The position numbers and the translations under genes were made by a program. From Candidatus Methylomirabilia bacterium (lineage in GTDB: Bacteria > Methylomirabilota > Methylomirabilia > Rokubacteriales > CSP1-6), in assembly GCA_041497895.1 (NCBI GenBank), contig JBGQHJ010000162.1, positions 1-10,363 of the forward strand: a stretch of 10,363 bases of DNA. Direction: 5' to 3'. Numbering within the stretch: position 1 is the first letter of the stretch; every line of letters starts with the position of its first letter. The notes beneath the pieces were generated by a model that had not been told where the DNA came from, did no database searches, and saw only the letters and a list, made by a program, of their open reading frames with translations. Positions 1 through 7,314 of the stretch are shown here, in pieces.

Positions 1-600
<600 letters not shown>

Positions 601-618
601 GCCCCGGTTCCGGCGAAC

Positions 619-658
619 AGGCGGCCCTTGCCGAGAGGCAAGGGCCGTCTTGTTTTGT
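619..658 (+). terminator. Rho-independent terminator after groEL
   Basis: 14-bp stem AGGCGGCCCTTGCC (619-632) / GGCAAGGGCCGTCT (637-650) with one G-U pair, GAGA tetraloop, then TGTTTTGT. Confidence 0.9.
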
Positions 659-675
659 CCACTCTTGACGCGAGG

Positions 676-704
676 TTGTCTTTCGGGACAGGCTCTGGTA
701 ACGT
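676..704 (+). promoter_or_regulatory. Probable sigma70 promoter of the rpsF operon
   Basis: -35 TTGTCT (676-681), 17-bp spacer, extended -10 TGgTAACGT (696-704), just downstream of the groEL terminator. Confidence 0.6.
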
Positions 705-731
705 AAAGCGCTTCCAATCAGGAGCGAGTAT

Positions 732-773
732 CCAGTAGCTGAAACATTGGAGCCAGTAGCTGAAACATTGGAG
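732..773 (+). repeat. Perfect 21-bp tandem duplication in the rpsF leader
   Basis: CCAGTAGCTGAAACATTGGAG at 732-752 and 753-773; the second copy runs into the SD GGAGGAGGT. Confidence 0.97.
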
Positions 774-785
774 GAGGTGAGTGGT

Positions 786-1130
786 CTGTACCCGTACGAA
801 ATCCTGGTGATCATCGATCCACGGCCCACCGAAGAGGACGTGACCGCCCTGCTGACCAAGCTGCAGGAGACGCTCAAGTCGCTCGGCGGAGAGGTCACGA
901 AGGCCGAGAGCTGGGGCAAGCGCCGGCTGGCCTACGATATTCGCAAGCAGCGGGAAGGAACCTACGCGGTCATCGAGTGCAAGGCGGAGCCATCCGTCGT
1001 CAAGGAGTACGAGCGGCAGCTGACGCTCAACGAGCAGGTCCTCCGGCACTTCACGACCCGCATTCCCGCTCCCAAGCGGATCCGGTCCGCCCCGAAGCCG
1101 CAGACCCCGGCGGTGGAGGAGGTCGTCTGA
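786..1130 (+). CDS. rpsF: 30S ribosomal protein S6 (probable CTG start; alternatives GTG 777, TTG 747/768)
   Basis: YEILVIIDP...WGKRRLAYDIRKQREGTY...LNEQVLRH matches S6 motifs. SD GGAGGAGGT (770-778) lies 7 nt before CTG 786, giving the usual M-x-x-Y-E start. First gene of the conserved rpsF-ssb-rpsR-rplI cluster. Confidence 0.95.
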   Translation: MYPYEILVIIDPRPTEEDVTALLTKLQETLKSLGGEVTKAESWGKRRLAYDIRKQREGTYAVIECKAEPSVVKEYERQLTLNEQVLRHFTTRIPAPKRIRSAPKPQTPAVEEVV

Positions 1131-1540
1131 TGGCGAGTCTCAACCGAGTGTTCCTGATCGGCAACCTCACGCGGACCCCGGAGCTTCGCTACACGCCCAG
1201 CGGCACCGCGGTGGCCGATCTCCGGCTGGCGGTCAATCGTAACTACACGACCCAGGGTGGGGAGAAGCGTGAGGAGACGTGCTTCCTCACGTGCGTGGTC
1301 TGGGGCAAGCAGGCCGAGAGCTGCGGTGAGTACCTCGACAAGGGCAGCCCGGTCATGGTCGAGGGGCGGCTGCAGACGCGCGACTGGGAAACCAAGGACG
1401 GTCAGAAGCGCAGCGTGGTCGAGGTCGTCGCCGAGCGGGTGCAGTTCATGGGGCGGAGCAAGTCCGCCGCCGCGGCGCCCGGCGTTCCCGAGCCGGTCGA
1501 GGCCGGCAGCGAGGGCGGCGACGACGAGGTGCCGTTCTAG
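1130..1540 (+). CDS. ssb: Single-stranded DNA-binding protein (136 aa)
   Basis: MASLNRVFLIGNLTRTPELRYTPSG...GSPVMVEGRLQTRDW, with acidic C-terminal tip DDEVPF. ATG overlaps the rpsF stop (TGATG); GGAGGAGG upstream. Confidence 0.98.
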   Translation: MASLNRVFLIGNLTRTPELRYTPSGTAVADLRLAVNRNYTTQGGEKREETCFLTCVVWGKQAESCGEYLDKGSPVMVEGRLQTRDWETKDGQKRSVVEVVAERVQFMGRSKSAAAAPGVPEPVEAGSEGGDDEVPF

Positions 1541-1570
1541 CACGGTCGGTTCCAACAGGAGGATCAAGCC

Positions 1571-1816
1571 ATTCCGCCATCTTCGAAGCCAGTCAAGCGG
1601 CGCCGGTTCGGGCGTCGCAAGGTTTGCAAGTTCTGCGTCGATCGGGTATCCCTGGTCGACCACAAGGACATCCGCCGGCTCCGCAACTTCGTCTCGGAGC
1701 GCGGCAAGATCACCCCTCGCCGCATCTCCGGGAGCTGCGCCCGGCACCAGCGTCAGCTCACGCGTGCGGTCCGCCGGGCGCGCACGGTGGCCCTGCTGGC
1801 CCAGACCTCGGAGTGA
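1571..1816 (+). CDS. rpsR: 30S ribosomal protein S18 (Zn-binding type, 81 aa), apparent ATT start; absent from the ORF track
   Basis: Hand translation: [89 protein letters not shown] (1557-1562) is 8 nt before ATT 1571. No in-frame ATG/GTG/TTG/CTG between the ssb stop and the CxxC motif. Confidence 0.95.
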   Translation: MPPSSKPVKRRRFGRRKVCKFCVDRVSLVDHKDIRRLRNFVSERGKITPRRISGSCARHQRQLTRAVRRARTVALLAQTSE

Positions 1817-1837
1817 GCGCGCCCGTGAGGAGCCGGT

Positions 1838-1870
1838 CATGAAGATCATCCTGCCATGAAGATCATCCTG
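1838..1870 (+). repeat. Direct duplication of the rplI start region, creating uORF MKIILP*
   Basis: CATGAAGATCATCCTG at 1838-1853 and 1855-1870. The uORF 1839-1859 ends in a TGA that overlaps the rplI ATG (ATGA). Confidence 0.95.
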
Positions 1871-2299
1871 ATGGACGACGTCGCCTCCCTGGGGCGCCGC
1901 GGCGAGGTGCGCGAGGTCTCCGACGGCTACGCGCGCAACTTCCTCCTGCCCCAGAAGCTGGCCCTGCACGCCACGCCGGCCAACATGAAGAACCTGGCCC
2001 AGATCAAGGCCAGCCAGGACGCGCAGGCCGCCAAGCTCAAGTCGGACGCCCAGGGTCAGGCCCACGCCATCGAGGCGCTCCACTTCGTCCAGCGGCGGCA
2101 GGCCTCCGACGAGGGCCGCCTCTTCGGCTCGGTGGGCCGCGCCGACCTGGCCGCCTTCCTGGCCCAGCACGGGATCGAGATCGAGCGGCGCCGGATCGGG
2201 CTCGACGAGCCCATCAAGAGCCTCGGCGAGTTCTCGGTGCCGGTGCGCCTGCACGCCGACGTCACCGCGCAGCTGAAGGTGTCCGTCAGCCGGGAGTAG
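1856..2299 (+). CDS. rplI: 50S ribosomal protein L9
   Basis: MKIILMDDVASLGRRGEVREVSDGYARNFLLPQKLA...GRLFGSV...PIKSLGEF matches L9 signatures; 147 aa. Confidence 0.98.
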   Translation: MKIILMDDVASLGRRGEVREVSDGYARNFLLPQKLALHATPANMKNLAQIKASQDAQAAKLKSDAQGQAHAIEALHFVQRRQASDEGRLFGSVGRADLAAFLAQHGIEIERRRIGLDEPIKSLGEFSVPVRLHADVTAQLKVSVSRE

Positions 2300-2301
2300 C
2301 C

Positions 2302-3660
2302 GTGGCCACGCTCACCGACCTGCTCACCTCCAAGATCCCTCCCCACAGCCTGGAGGCGGAGCGGGCCGTGCTGGGGGCGATCCTGCTCGAGCGCGATAGC
2401 CTGCCCAAGGCCATCGAGTTGCTCAAGCCGGCCGACTTCTACAAGGAAGGCCACCGCAAGATCTTCGACGTCACCCTCGCGCTCTTCGAGCGCAACGAGC
2501 CGGTGGACCTCCTCACCGTCTCGGAGGAGCTGAAGCGAAGGGCGGAGCTGGAGGAGGTCGGCGGCGCCGCCGCCCTCGCGAGCCTGGTGGAGGAGGCGAC
2601 CACCGCCGCCCATCTCCTGTCCTACGGGGCCATCGTCCGGGAGAAGGCCCTCCTCCGCGACCTCATCCGCATCGCCACCGACATCATCGGGCAGAGCTAC
2701 GAGGCCCGCGACGACGTGGACAAGCTGCTGGACGACGCGGAGCGGTTGATCTTCCAGGTCTCCGAGCGGCGGATGCAGGGCTCGGCCTTCCCGGTGCGGG
2801 CCATCCTGAAGGACACCTTCGAACACATCGAGAAGCTGTACGACCGCAAGGAGCACATCACCGGGCTCGCCACCGGCTTCGACGATCTCGACCGGATGAC
2901 GTCGGGCTTCCAGCCGAGCGACTTCATCATCATCGCGGGGCGCCCTTCCATGGGCAAGACCGCCTTCGCGCTGAACATCGCCAAGTACGCGGGGGTCGAG
3001 GACCACAAGCGCGTGCTGGTGCTGAGCCTCGAGATGTCCAAGGAGCAGCTGGTGCAGCGGCTGCTCTGCTCCGAGGCCAAGGTGGACTCCCACAAGGTGC
3101 GCACCGGCTACCTCGACCCGCGCGATTGGACCCGTCTCACCAACGCGGCGGGCCGGCTGGCGGAGGCCCCGGTCTACATCGACGATTCGCCCGCCCTCAC
3201 CGTGCTGGAAGCGCGGGCCAAGGCCCGGCGCATGAAGGCGGAGCACGGGCTCGATCTGATCGTGATCGACTACCTCCAGCTCATGCGCGGGCGCCACCAG
3301 CAGGAGAACCGGCAGCAGGAGATCTCGGAGATCTCGCGCTCGCTGAAGGCCCTGGCCAAGGAGCTGAACGTGCCGGTGGTGGCGCTCTCCCAGCTCTCCC
3401 GTGCGGTGGAGGCCCGCGAGCGCAAGGAGCCCCAGCTCTCGGACCTCCGGGAGTCGGGCGCGCTCGAGCAGGACGCCGACGTGATCCTGTTCCTCTACCG
3501 CCCCGAGCGCTACGGCCTGCAGTCCGAGGACGGCGACCGGGTCGCCGACGTGATCATCGGCAAGCAGCGCAACGGCCCCACCGGCAAGGTGCAGGTGACG
3601 TTCATTCCCGAGTACGCGTCCTTCGAGCGCCTCGCCAAGCGCGAGGCCCAGCCGTTCTAG
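2302..3660 (+). CDS. dnaB: Replicative DNA helicase DnaB
   Basis: PPHSLEAERAVLG N-terminus, Walker A GRPSMGKT, SLEM, IVIDYLQLM, LSQLSR, DLRESGALEQDAD, KQRNGP; 452 aa, no intein-sized insertion. Confidence 0.99.
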   Translation: MATLTDLLTSKIPPHSLEAERAVLGAILLERDSLPKAIELLKPADFYKEGHRKIFDVTLALFERNEPVDLLTVSEELKRRAELEEVGGAAALASLVEEATTAAHLLSYGAIVREKALLRDLIRIATDIIGQSYEARDDVDKLLDDAERLIFQVSERRMQGSAFPVRAILKDTFEHIEKLYDRKEHITGLATGFDDLDRMTSGFQPSDFIIIAGRPSMGKTAFALNIAKYAGVEDHKRVLVLSLEMSKEQLVQRLLCSEAKVDSHKVRTGYLDPRDWTRLTNAAGRLAEAPVYIDDSPALTVLEARAKARRMKAEHGLDLIVIDYLQLMRGRHQQENRQQEISEISRSLKALAKELNVPVVALSQLSRAVEARERKEPQLSDLRESGALEQDADVILFLYRPERYGLQSEDGDRVADVIIGKQRNGPTGKVQVTFIPEYASFERLAKREAQPF

Positions 3661-3676
3661 CCGCACGTCCGGGACG

Positions 3677-5032
3677 GTGACCAAGGTCGTCATCGTCGGG
3701 GCGGGCAAGGGCGGCCGGGCCCTGCTCGAGATGTTCAGCGGCGACCCCACCGTGACCATCGTCGGCGTCGTCGACGTGAATCCCTGGGCCCCCGGCCTCG
3801 AGCTGGCTCGCCGGCTCAACGTCCAGGTGAGCACCGACCTGCGCGAGCTGATCGCGGATCCCCGCCTCGACCTCATCATCGACGTGACCGGGAACCCGGA
3901 CGTGCAGGCCGCCATCCTCCGATTGAAGCCGGCGAGTACCGAGGTGATGGGGGGCGCGAGCGCCAAGTTCATGTGGGACCTGCTGGCCGAGCGCAAGCGG
4001 ACCGAGGAGCTCGAGGATCGCTACTCGCTCATGCTCCGGGAGCTGCAGGCCAAGTCGGACGGGGATTTCATCATCGGGCAGAACCCCAAGATGCGGGAGC
4101 TGGCCGAGCAGATCGTCCGCGTGGCCCAGACCCCGACCACGGTCCTCATCCGCGGGGAGTCCGGCACCGGCAAGGAGCTGGTGGCGCGGGCCATCCACCG
4201 CTACTCGAACCTGCGCGACAAGCCCCTGGTCACCGTGAACTGCACCGCCCTGACCCCGACCCTGATGGAGTCGGAGCTCTTCGGGCACAAGCGCGGCTCG
4301 TTCACCGGAGCGGTCGCGGACAAGGTCGGCCTGTTCGAGAAGGCCGACGGCGCGACCATCTTCCTCGACGAGGTCGGCGACATGCCGCCCGAGATGCAGG
4401 GCAAGCTGCTCCGGGTCCTGCAGGCCGGGGAAGTGAAGCCGGTGGGCGACGTCGTGACGCGCAAGGTGCGCGTGCGGGTGATCGCGGCCACCAACCGCGA
4501 CCTCGAGAAGGCCCTGGCCACCTCCGAGTTTCGCGAGGACCTCTTCTACCGCTTCAACGCGTTCACGGTGGTCCTGCCGCCGCTGCGCGAGCGGAGCGAG
4601 GACATTCCGGTCCTGGCCTATCACTTCCTCCGCAAGGCCGAGGCGAAGGTGAACAAGAAGGTCGATCGGTTCTCGCAGGACGCCCTCGATCTCCTGCGGC
4701 GCTACAGCTGGCCCGGGAACCTGCGGGAGCTCGAGAACATCATCGAGCGGGCGGTGGTGCTCTCCTCGAATCAGCAGGTGGAAGTCGCCCACCTGCCGCT
4801 CTACTTGCAGGAGTCGGGGCCCATCCAGGTGACCACTCGGGAGGGGTTCGTCCAGGCCAAGGAGCGGGTGGTCTCGATGTTCGAGAAGGAGGCCGTCACT
4901 CGCTTCCTGTCGGAAGCCCGGGGCAACATCTCGGTTGCGGCCCAGAAGGCCGGGATCACTCGCAGGAACTTCCACCGGCTCCTGTCCAAGTATTCGATAA
5001 ATACGAAGAAGTTCAAGATAGAGTCAAAGTAG
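3677..5032 (+). CDS. Sigma54-dependent enhancer-binding protein with N-terminal Rossmann-like domain and C-terminal Fis-type HTH
   Basis: N-terminal [11 protein letters not shown] (GxGxxG). AAA+ motifs [86 protein letters not shown]. Confidence 0.96.
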   Translation: MTKVVIVGAGKGGRALLEMFSGDPTVTIVGVVDVNPWAPGLELARRLNVQVSTDLRELIADPRLDLIIDVTGNPDVQAAILRLKPASTEVMGGASAKFMWDLLAERKRTEELEDRYSLMLRELQAKSDGDFIIGQNPKMRELAEQIVRVAQTPTTVLIRGESGTGKELVARAIHRYSNLRDKPLVTVNCTALTPTLMESELFGHKRGSFTGAVADKVGLFEKADGATIFLDEVGDMPPEMQGKLLRVLQAGEVKPVGDVVTRKVRVRVIAATNRDLEKALATSEFREDLFYRFNAFTVVLPPLRERSEDIPVLAYHFLRKAEAKVNKKVDRFSQDALDLLRRYSWPGNLRELENIIERAVVLSSNQQVEVAHLPLYLQESGPIQVTTREGFVQAKERVVSMFEKEAVTRFLSEARGNISVAAQKAGITRRNFHRLLSKYSINTKKFKIESK

Positions 5033-5151
5033 TCCCATATATGTGACGTAGTCGACTCGCATCATCAAGCCTCAATCTAGTCTTTTTTATTAAATAGTTG
5101 CTGTCTACCGAGCAGTTCTGTGGCGGCATCCGGTGAGACATACATGTCACA
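5020..5151. promoter_or_regulatory. Three related imperfect dyad sites, candidate activator binding sites (UAS)
   Basis: AGAGTC-N6-GTCCCA (5020-5037); TGTGAC-N6-GACTCG (5042-5059, reverse complement CGAGTC-N6-GTCACA); TGAGAC-N6-GTCACA (5134-5151). Confidence 0.55.
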
Positions 5152-5198
5152 GTCCAAGTGATAGATGGTTGCACACAGTACATCGAATCAATAGGTTC
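5088..5198 (+). promoter_or_regulatory. Two IHF-like sites
   Basis: TATTAAATAGTTG (5088-5100, preceded by a T-tract) and AATCAATAGGTTC (5186-5198), each one mismatch from WATCAANNNNTTR, in an AT-rich patch of an otherwise GC-rich window. Confidence 0.45.
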
Positions 5199-5212
5199 TG
5201 ACGCAGCGGGCC

Positions 5213-5228
5213 CTGGAATGCTTCTTGT
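5213..5228 (+). promoter_or_regulatory. Candidate sigma54 (-24/-12) promoter
   Basis: CTGGAATGCTTCTTGT has GG-N10-GT spacing versus consensus TGGCACG-N4-TTGC, but the -12 C is replaced by T. It lies about 40 nt upstream of the ORF at 5267 and next to a bEBP gene. Confidence 0.6.
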
Positions 5229-5266
5229 CTCCGGAGTGAGGTATCTCTCGCTCAAGGAGGAGCTCA

Positions 5267-5461
5267 ATGGGGGGCCGTTGTCGCTGCGGGACCGAGATCC
5301 AGTTCGCGTTCAACCATCTGGGCTGCATCGCGTGCGGAGCGGCCTGTTGCCCCGCTTGCTCCTATCAGCTCGAGTCCACGAGTTACTGCTCGAGCTGCGC
5401 GGAGGCCCTGCTCGAGCTGCCCTGGGCGCGGCCTGCGGCCGCGACCGGCAGCCTGGCCTGA
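5267..5461 (+). CDS. Small Cys-rich protein, B-box-like zinc finger (64 aa)
   Basis: Strong SD AAGGAGG 5254-5260. Motif CxC...C-x2-C-x3-CC-P-x-C-x8-Y-C-x2-C; 9 Cys. Confidence 0.8.
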   Translation: MGGRCRCGTEIQFAFNHLGCIACGAACCPACSYQLESTSYCSSCAEALLELPWARPAAATGSLA

Positions 5462-5479
5462 GCGGGTCGAGGAAGCCCG

Positions 5480-5641
5480 ATGGTCACCTACGAGTGCGCA
5501 TTGCTCCACGCCGGGACTCGGCGCGGGATGGTCCGCCGCGAGTGCGACGTCCCGTGCTGCCCGAGCTGCGCGATCGAGATCGACACCGACACCTATTGCC
5601 GCTGGTGCGCCCTCGGACTGGCGCCCGCGCTGTCCGCCTGA
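5480..5641 (+). CDS. Small Cys-rich protein, paralog of the preceding ORF (53 aa); absent from the ORF track
   Basis: Hand translation MVTYECALLHAGTRRGMVRRECDVPCCPSCAIEIDTDTYCRWCALGLAPALSA*. SD GAGGA 5469-5473. Same C-x3-CCPxC-x8-YCxxCA spacing. Fills the gap between its neighbours. Confidence 0.78.
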   Translation: MVTYECALLHAGTRRGMVRRECDVPCCPSCAIEIDTDTYCRWCALGLAPALSA

Positions 5642-5654
5642 CGGAGGCTCACGC

Positions 5655-6626
5655 ATGGAATCCAAGGGAAAGACGTTCCGCCGGCTCCTCACCGAGGAAC
5701 CGTATCTCTTCACCGGCGGCATCTACTCGCCGCTCGACGCGCAGATCGCCGAGCAGGCCGGGATGAAGTCGATCTACCTGAGCGGTTACTCGCTCGCGAT
5801 GCTCAACGGCTGGCCCGACATGGGCCTCCTCACCATGACCGAGGTCACCAAGGCCGCCTCGATGGTGGCGAACGCGGTCGACCTGCCGATCATCGCGGAC
5901 GCCGACGACGGCTACGGCAACGCGCTGTCGACCATGCGGACGGTGCAGGAGTTCGTGAGGACCGGCGTGGCGGGCATCCACCTCGAAGACCAGCGCTTCC
6001 CGAAGCGCTGCGGTCACATCGCGGGCAAGACCATCGTGTCGCGCGAGGAGGCGCTCGGCAAGTACCGGGCCGCCATCGCGGAGCGTGACCGCCTCGACCG
6101 CGACTTCGTGATCATCGCCCGCACCGACGCCTACGGCGCGGTGGGCGGCAGCATGGAGGAGGCGATCTGGCGGGGCCGCGCCTACGCCGACGCGGGCGTC
6201 GACCTGGTGTGGGCCGAGCTGTCGAACTCGGAGCGCGAGCCGGCGATCGAGTTCGCCCGCGCGATGAAGCAGTCGCACCCGAACCTACCGCTCGCCTTCA
6301 ACTACTCGTCGTCCTTCCGCTGGCACAAGGATCCGAACCCGCTCACGTTCCGGGAGCTGGGCGAGCTCGGGTACCGCTTCATCTTCATCACGCTCTTCGG
6401 CGCCCACGCCGCGATGTACTCGGTGTGGAACTTCATGCAGGAGCTGGTGAAGAACGAGGAGCAGGCCCAGTGGACGCTCGAACGCCAGAAGGTGGGGCAC
6501 CCCACCGAGAGCCATCACGTGATGGCCCGCGTGTCGCACTTCCAGGAGCTGGAGCGTCGCTACATCCCCGGCACCGAAGACCGTCTCAAGGGATCCGACG
6601 GATTCGGGGAGGCGAAGGCGCACTGA
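5655..6626 (+). CDS. aceA: Isocitrate lyase/PEP mutase superfamily enzyme, probably a short isocitrate lyase (323 aa)
   Basis: YLSG, IIADADDGYG, HLEDQ, catalytic PKRCGH, IIARTDA. ICL-type C-terminal motifs LAFNYSSSFRW and LGYRFIFITL. SD GGAGG 5643-5647. Substrate assignment is inferred. Confidence 0.8.
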   Translation: MESKGKTFRRLLTEEPYLFTGGIYSPLDAQIAEQAGMKSIYLSGYSLAMLNGWPDMGLLTMTEVTKAASMVANAVDLPIIADADDGYGNALSTMRTVQEFVRTGVAGIHLEDQRFPKRCGHIAGKTIVSREEALGKYRAAIAERDRLDRDFVIIARTDAYGAVGGSMEEAIWRGRAYADAGVDLVWAELSNSEREPAIEFARAMKQSHPNLPLAFNYSSSFRWHKDPNPLTFRELGELGYRFIFITLFGAHAAMYSVWNFMQELVKNEEQAQWTLERQKVGHPTESHHVMARVSHFQELERRYIPGTEDRLKGSDGFGEAKAH

Positions 6627-6637
6627 TCGATCACGCC

Positions 6638-6673
6638 CCCGCGGCGACCGACATCCGGTCGGGGCGCCGCGGG
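6638..6673. terminator. GC-rich hairpin between convergent genes (possible terminator or RNA-stability element)
   Basis: CCCGCGGCG (6638-6646) pairs with CGCCGCGGG (6665-6673); inner ACCG/CGGT stem with ACATC loop. No U-tract on either strand. Confidence 0.4.
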
Positions 6674-6674
6674 C

Positions 6675-7292
6675 TCAGGGCGTCTTGCGCTGTCGGACGG
6701 CCTGGCCGATGCGGAGCGCGATCAGGGCCAGGATGCCCACCAGGACCAGGAGCAGGACGGTCCGCTCCACCTCCCCGACCACGTAGCGCATCCGCTCCAC
6801 GTAGGTGCCGAAGCCGTAGCCGACCGCCAGCCCCGCTCCGACGACCACCGGGACGTAGAGTACCGCGCCCGCCACGTTGGCAAGCAGGAACGACGAGAAG
6901 GGCAGGCCGAGCGCGCCCGCGAGCGGCCCCGCGGTGAAGCGCACCCCCGGGACGAAGCGCGCCACGAACACCGCCAGGGGGCCACGGCGTGCCACGAACG
7001 CCTTCATGGTCTCGAGCCGCTCGGGGTGACCGAGCACCCAGCGGGCGTAGCGGGGCAGTGCGATTTGACCGTACCGGCGGCCGAGCCAGTACCCGATGTT
7101 GTCACCGACCACCGCGCTCACGATGCCGACCACCAGCACCAGGGAGAGCCGGAGCTTGCCCCGCCAGACCAGGTAGCCGGCGAGGGCCAGGATGGTCTCC
7201 TCGGGCACCGGGAGTCCCACGTTGCCGAGCACGACCACCACGAAGATGGCGACATAGCCCCAGTGACCGACGAACTGGTGGAGATCGCTCAC
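6675..7292 (-). CDS. DedA family membrane protein
   Basis: GLPVPEETIL, GDNIGYWLGRRYG and FVARFVPGVR motifs with several TM segments; GTG start, no clear SD. Confidence 0.93.
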   Translation of the reverse strand: MSDLHQFVGHWGYVAIFVVVVLGNVGLPVPEETILALAGYLVWRGKLRLSLVLVVGIVSAVVGDNIGYWLGRRYGQIALPRYARWVLGHPERLETMKAFVARRGPLAVFVARFVPGVRFTAGPLAGALGLPFSSFLLANVAGAVLYVPVVVGAGLAVGYGFGTYVERMRYVVGEVERTVLLLVLVGILALIALRIGQAVRQRKTP

Positions 7293-7314
7293 GGAGCGGG
7301 GAGGAGGCGGCGGG

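Noticed and set aside
665..670. TTGACG as the -35 of the rpsF promoter
   Set aside because: No plausible -10 at 16-18 bp; the TTGTCT/TAACGT pair fits better.
732..773. 21-bp repeats as a CRISPR remnant or insertion target-site duplication
   Set aside because: The copies are directly adjacent with no spacer, and no cas or transposase genes are in the window.
977..1129. ORF-track N-terminal extension of ssb
   Set aside because: Overlaps rpsF in another frame; SSB similarity and a strong SD point to ATG 1130.
1130..1816. ssb and rpsR are in the same frame, separated by a single TAG (possible readthrough fusion)
   Set aside because: One-in-three chance coincidence. SSB needs its free DDEVPF C-terminus, and rpsR has its own strong SD.
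5134..5151. CRP/FNR site
   Set aside because: Half-site spacing is TGAGA-N8-TCACA rather than N6; treated as a candidate bEBP site instead.
4985..5200. AT-rich patch as horizontally acquired DNA or a replication origin
   Set aside because: Short and adequately explained by promoter/IHF-like elements; no DnaA-box cluster or mobility genes seen.
5267..5641. Cys-rich ORFs as RiPP precursors, ferredoxins or cytochromes
   Set aside because: No radical SAM or other modifying enzyme in the window, no CxxCxxCxxxCP or CxxCH motif; spacing fits a zinc finger better.
5158..5766. 202-aa plus-strand ORF across the promoter and small genes
   Set aside because: Overlaps three SD-supported genes in other frames and the promoter region; no motifs.
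7298..7308. GGGGAGGAGGC is the reverse complement of GCCTCCTCCCC at 8183-8193
   Set aside because: An 11-nt low-complexity match in GC-rich DNA, on different transcripts; probably chance.
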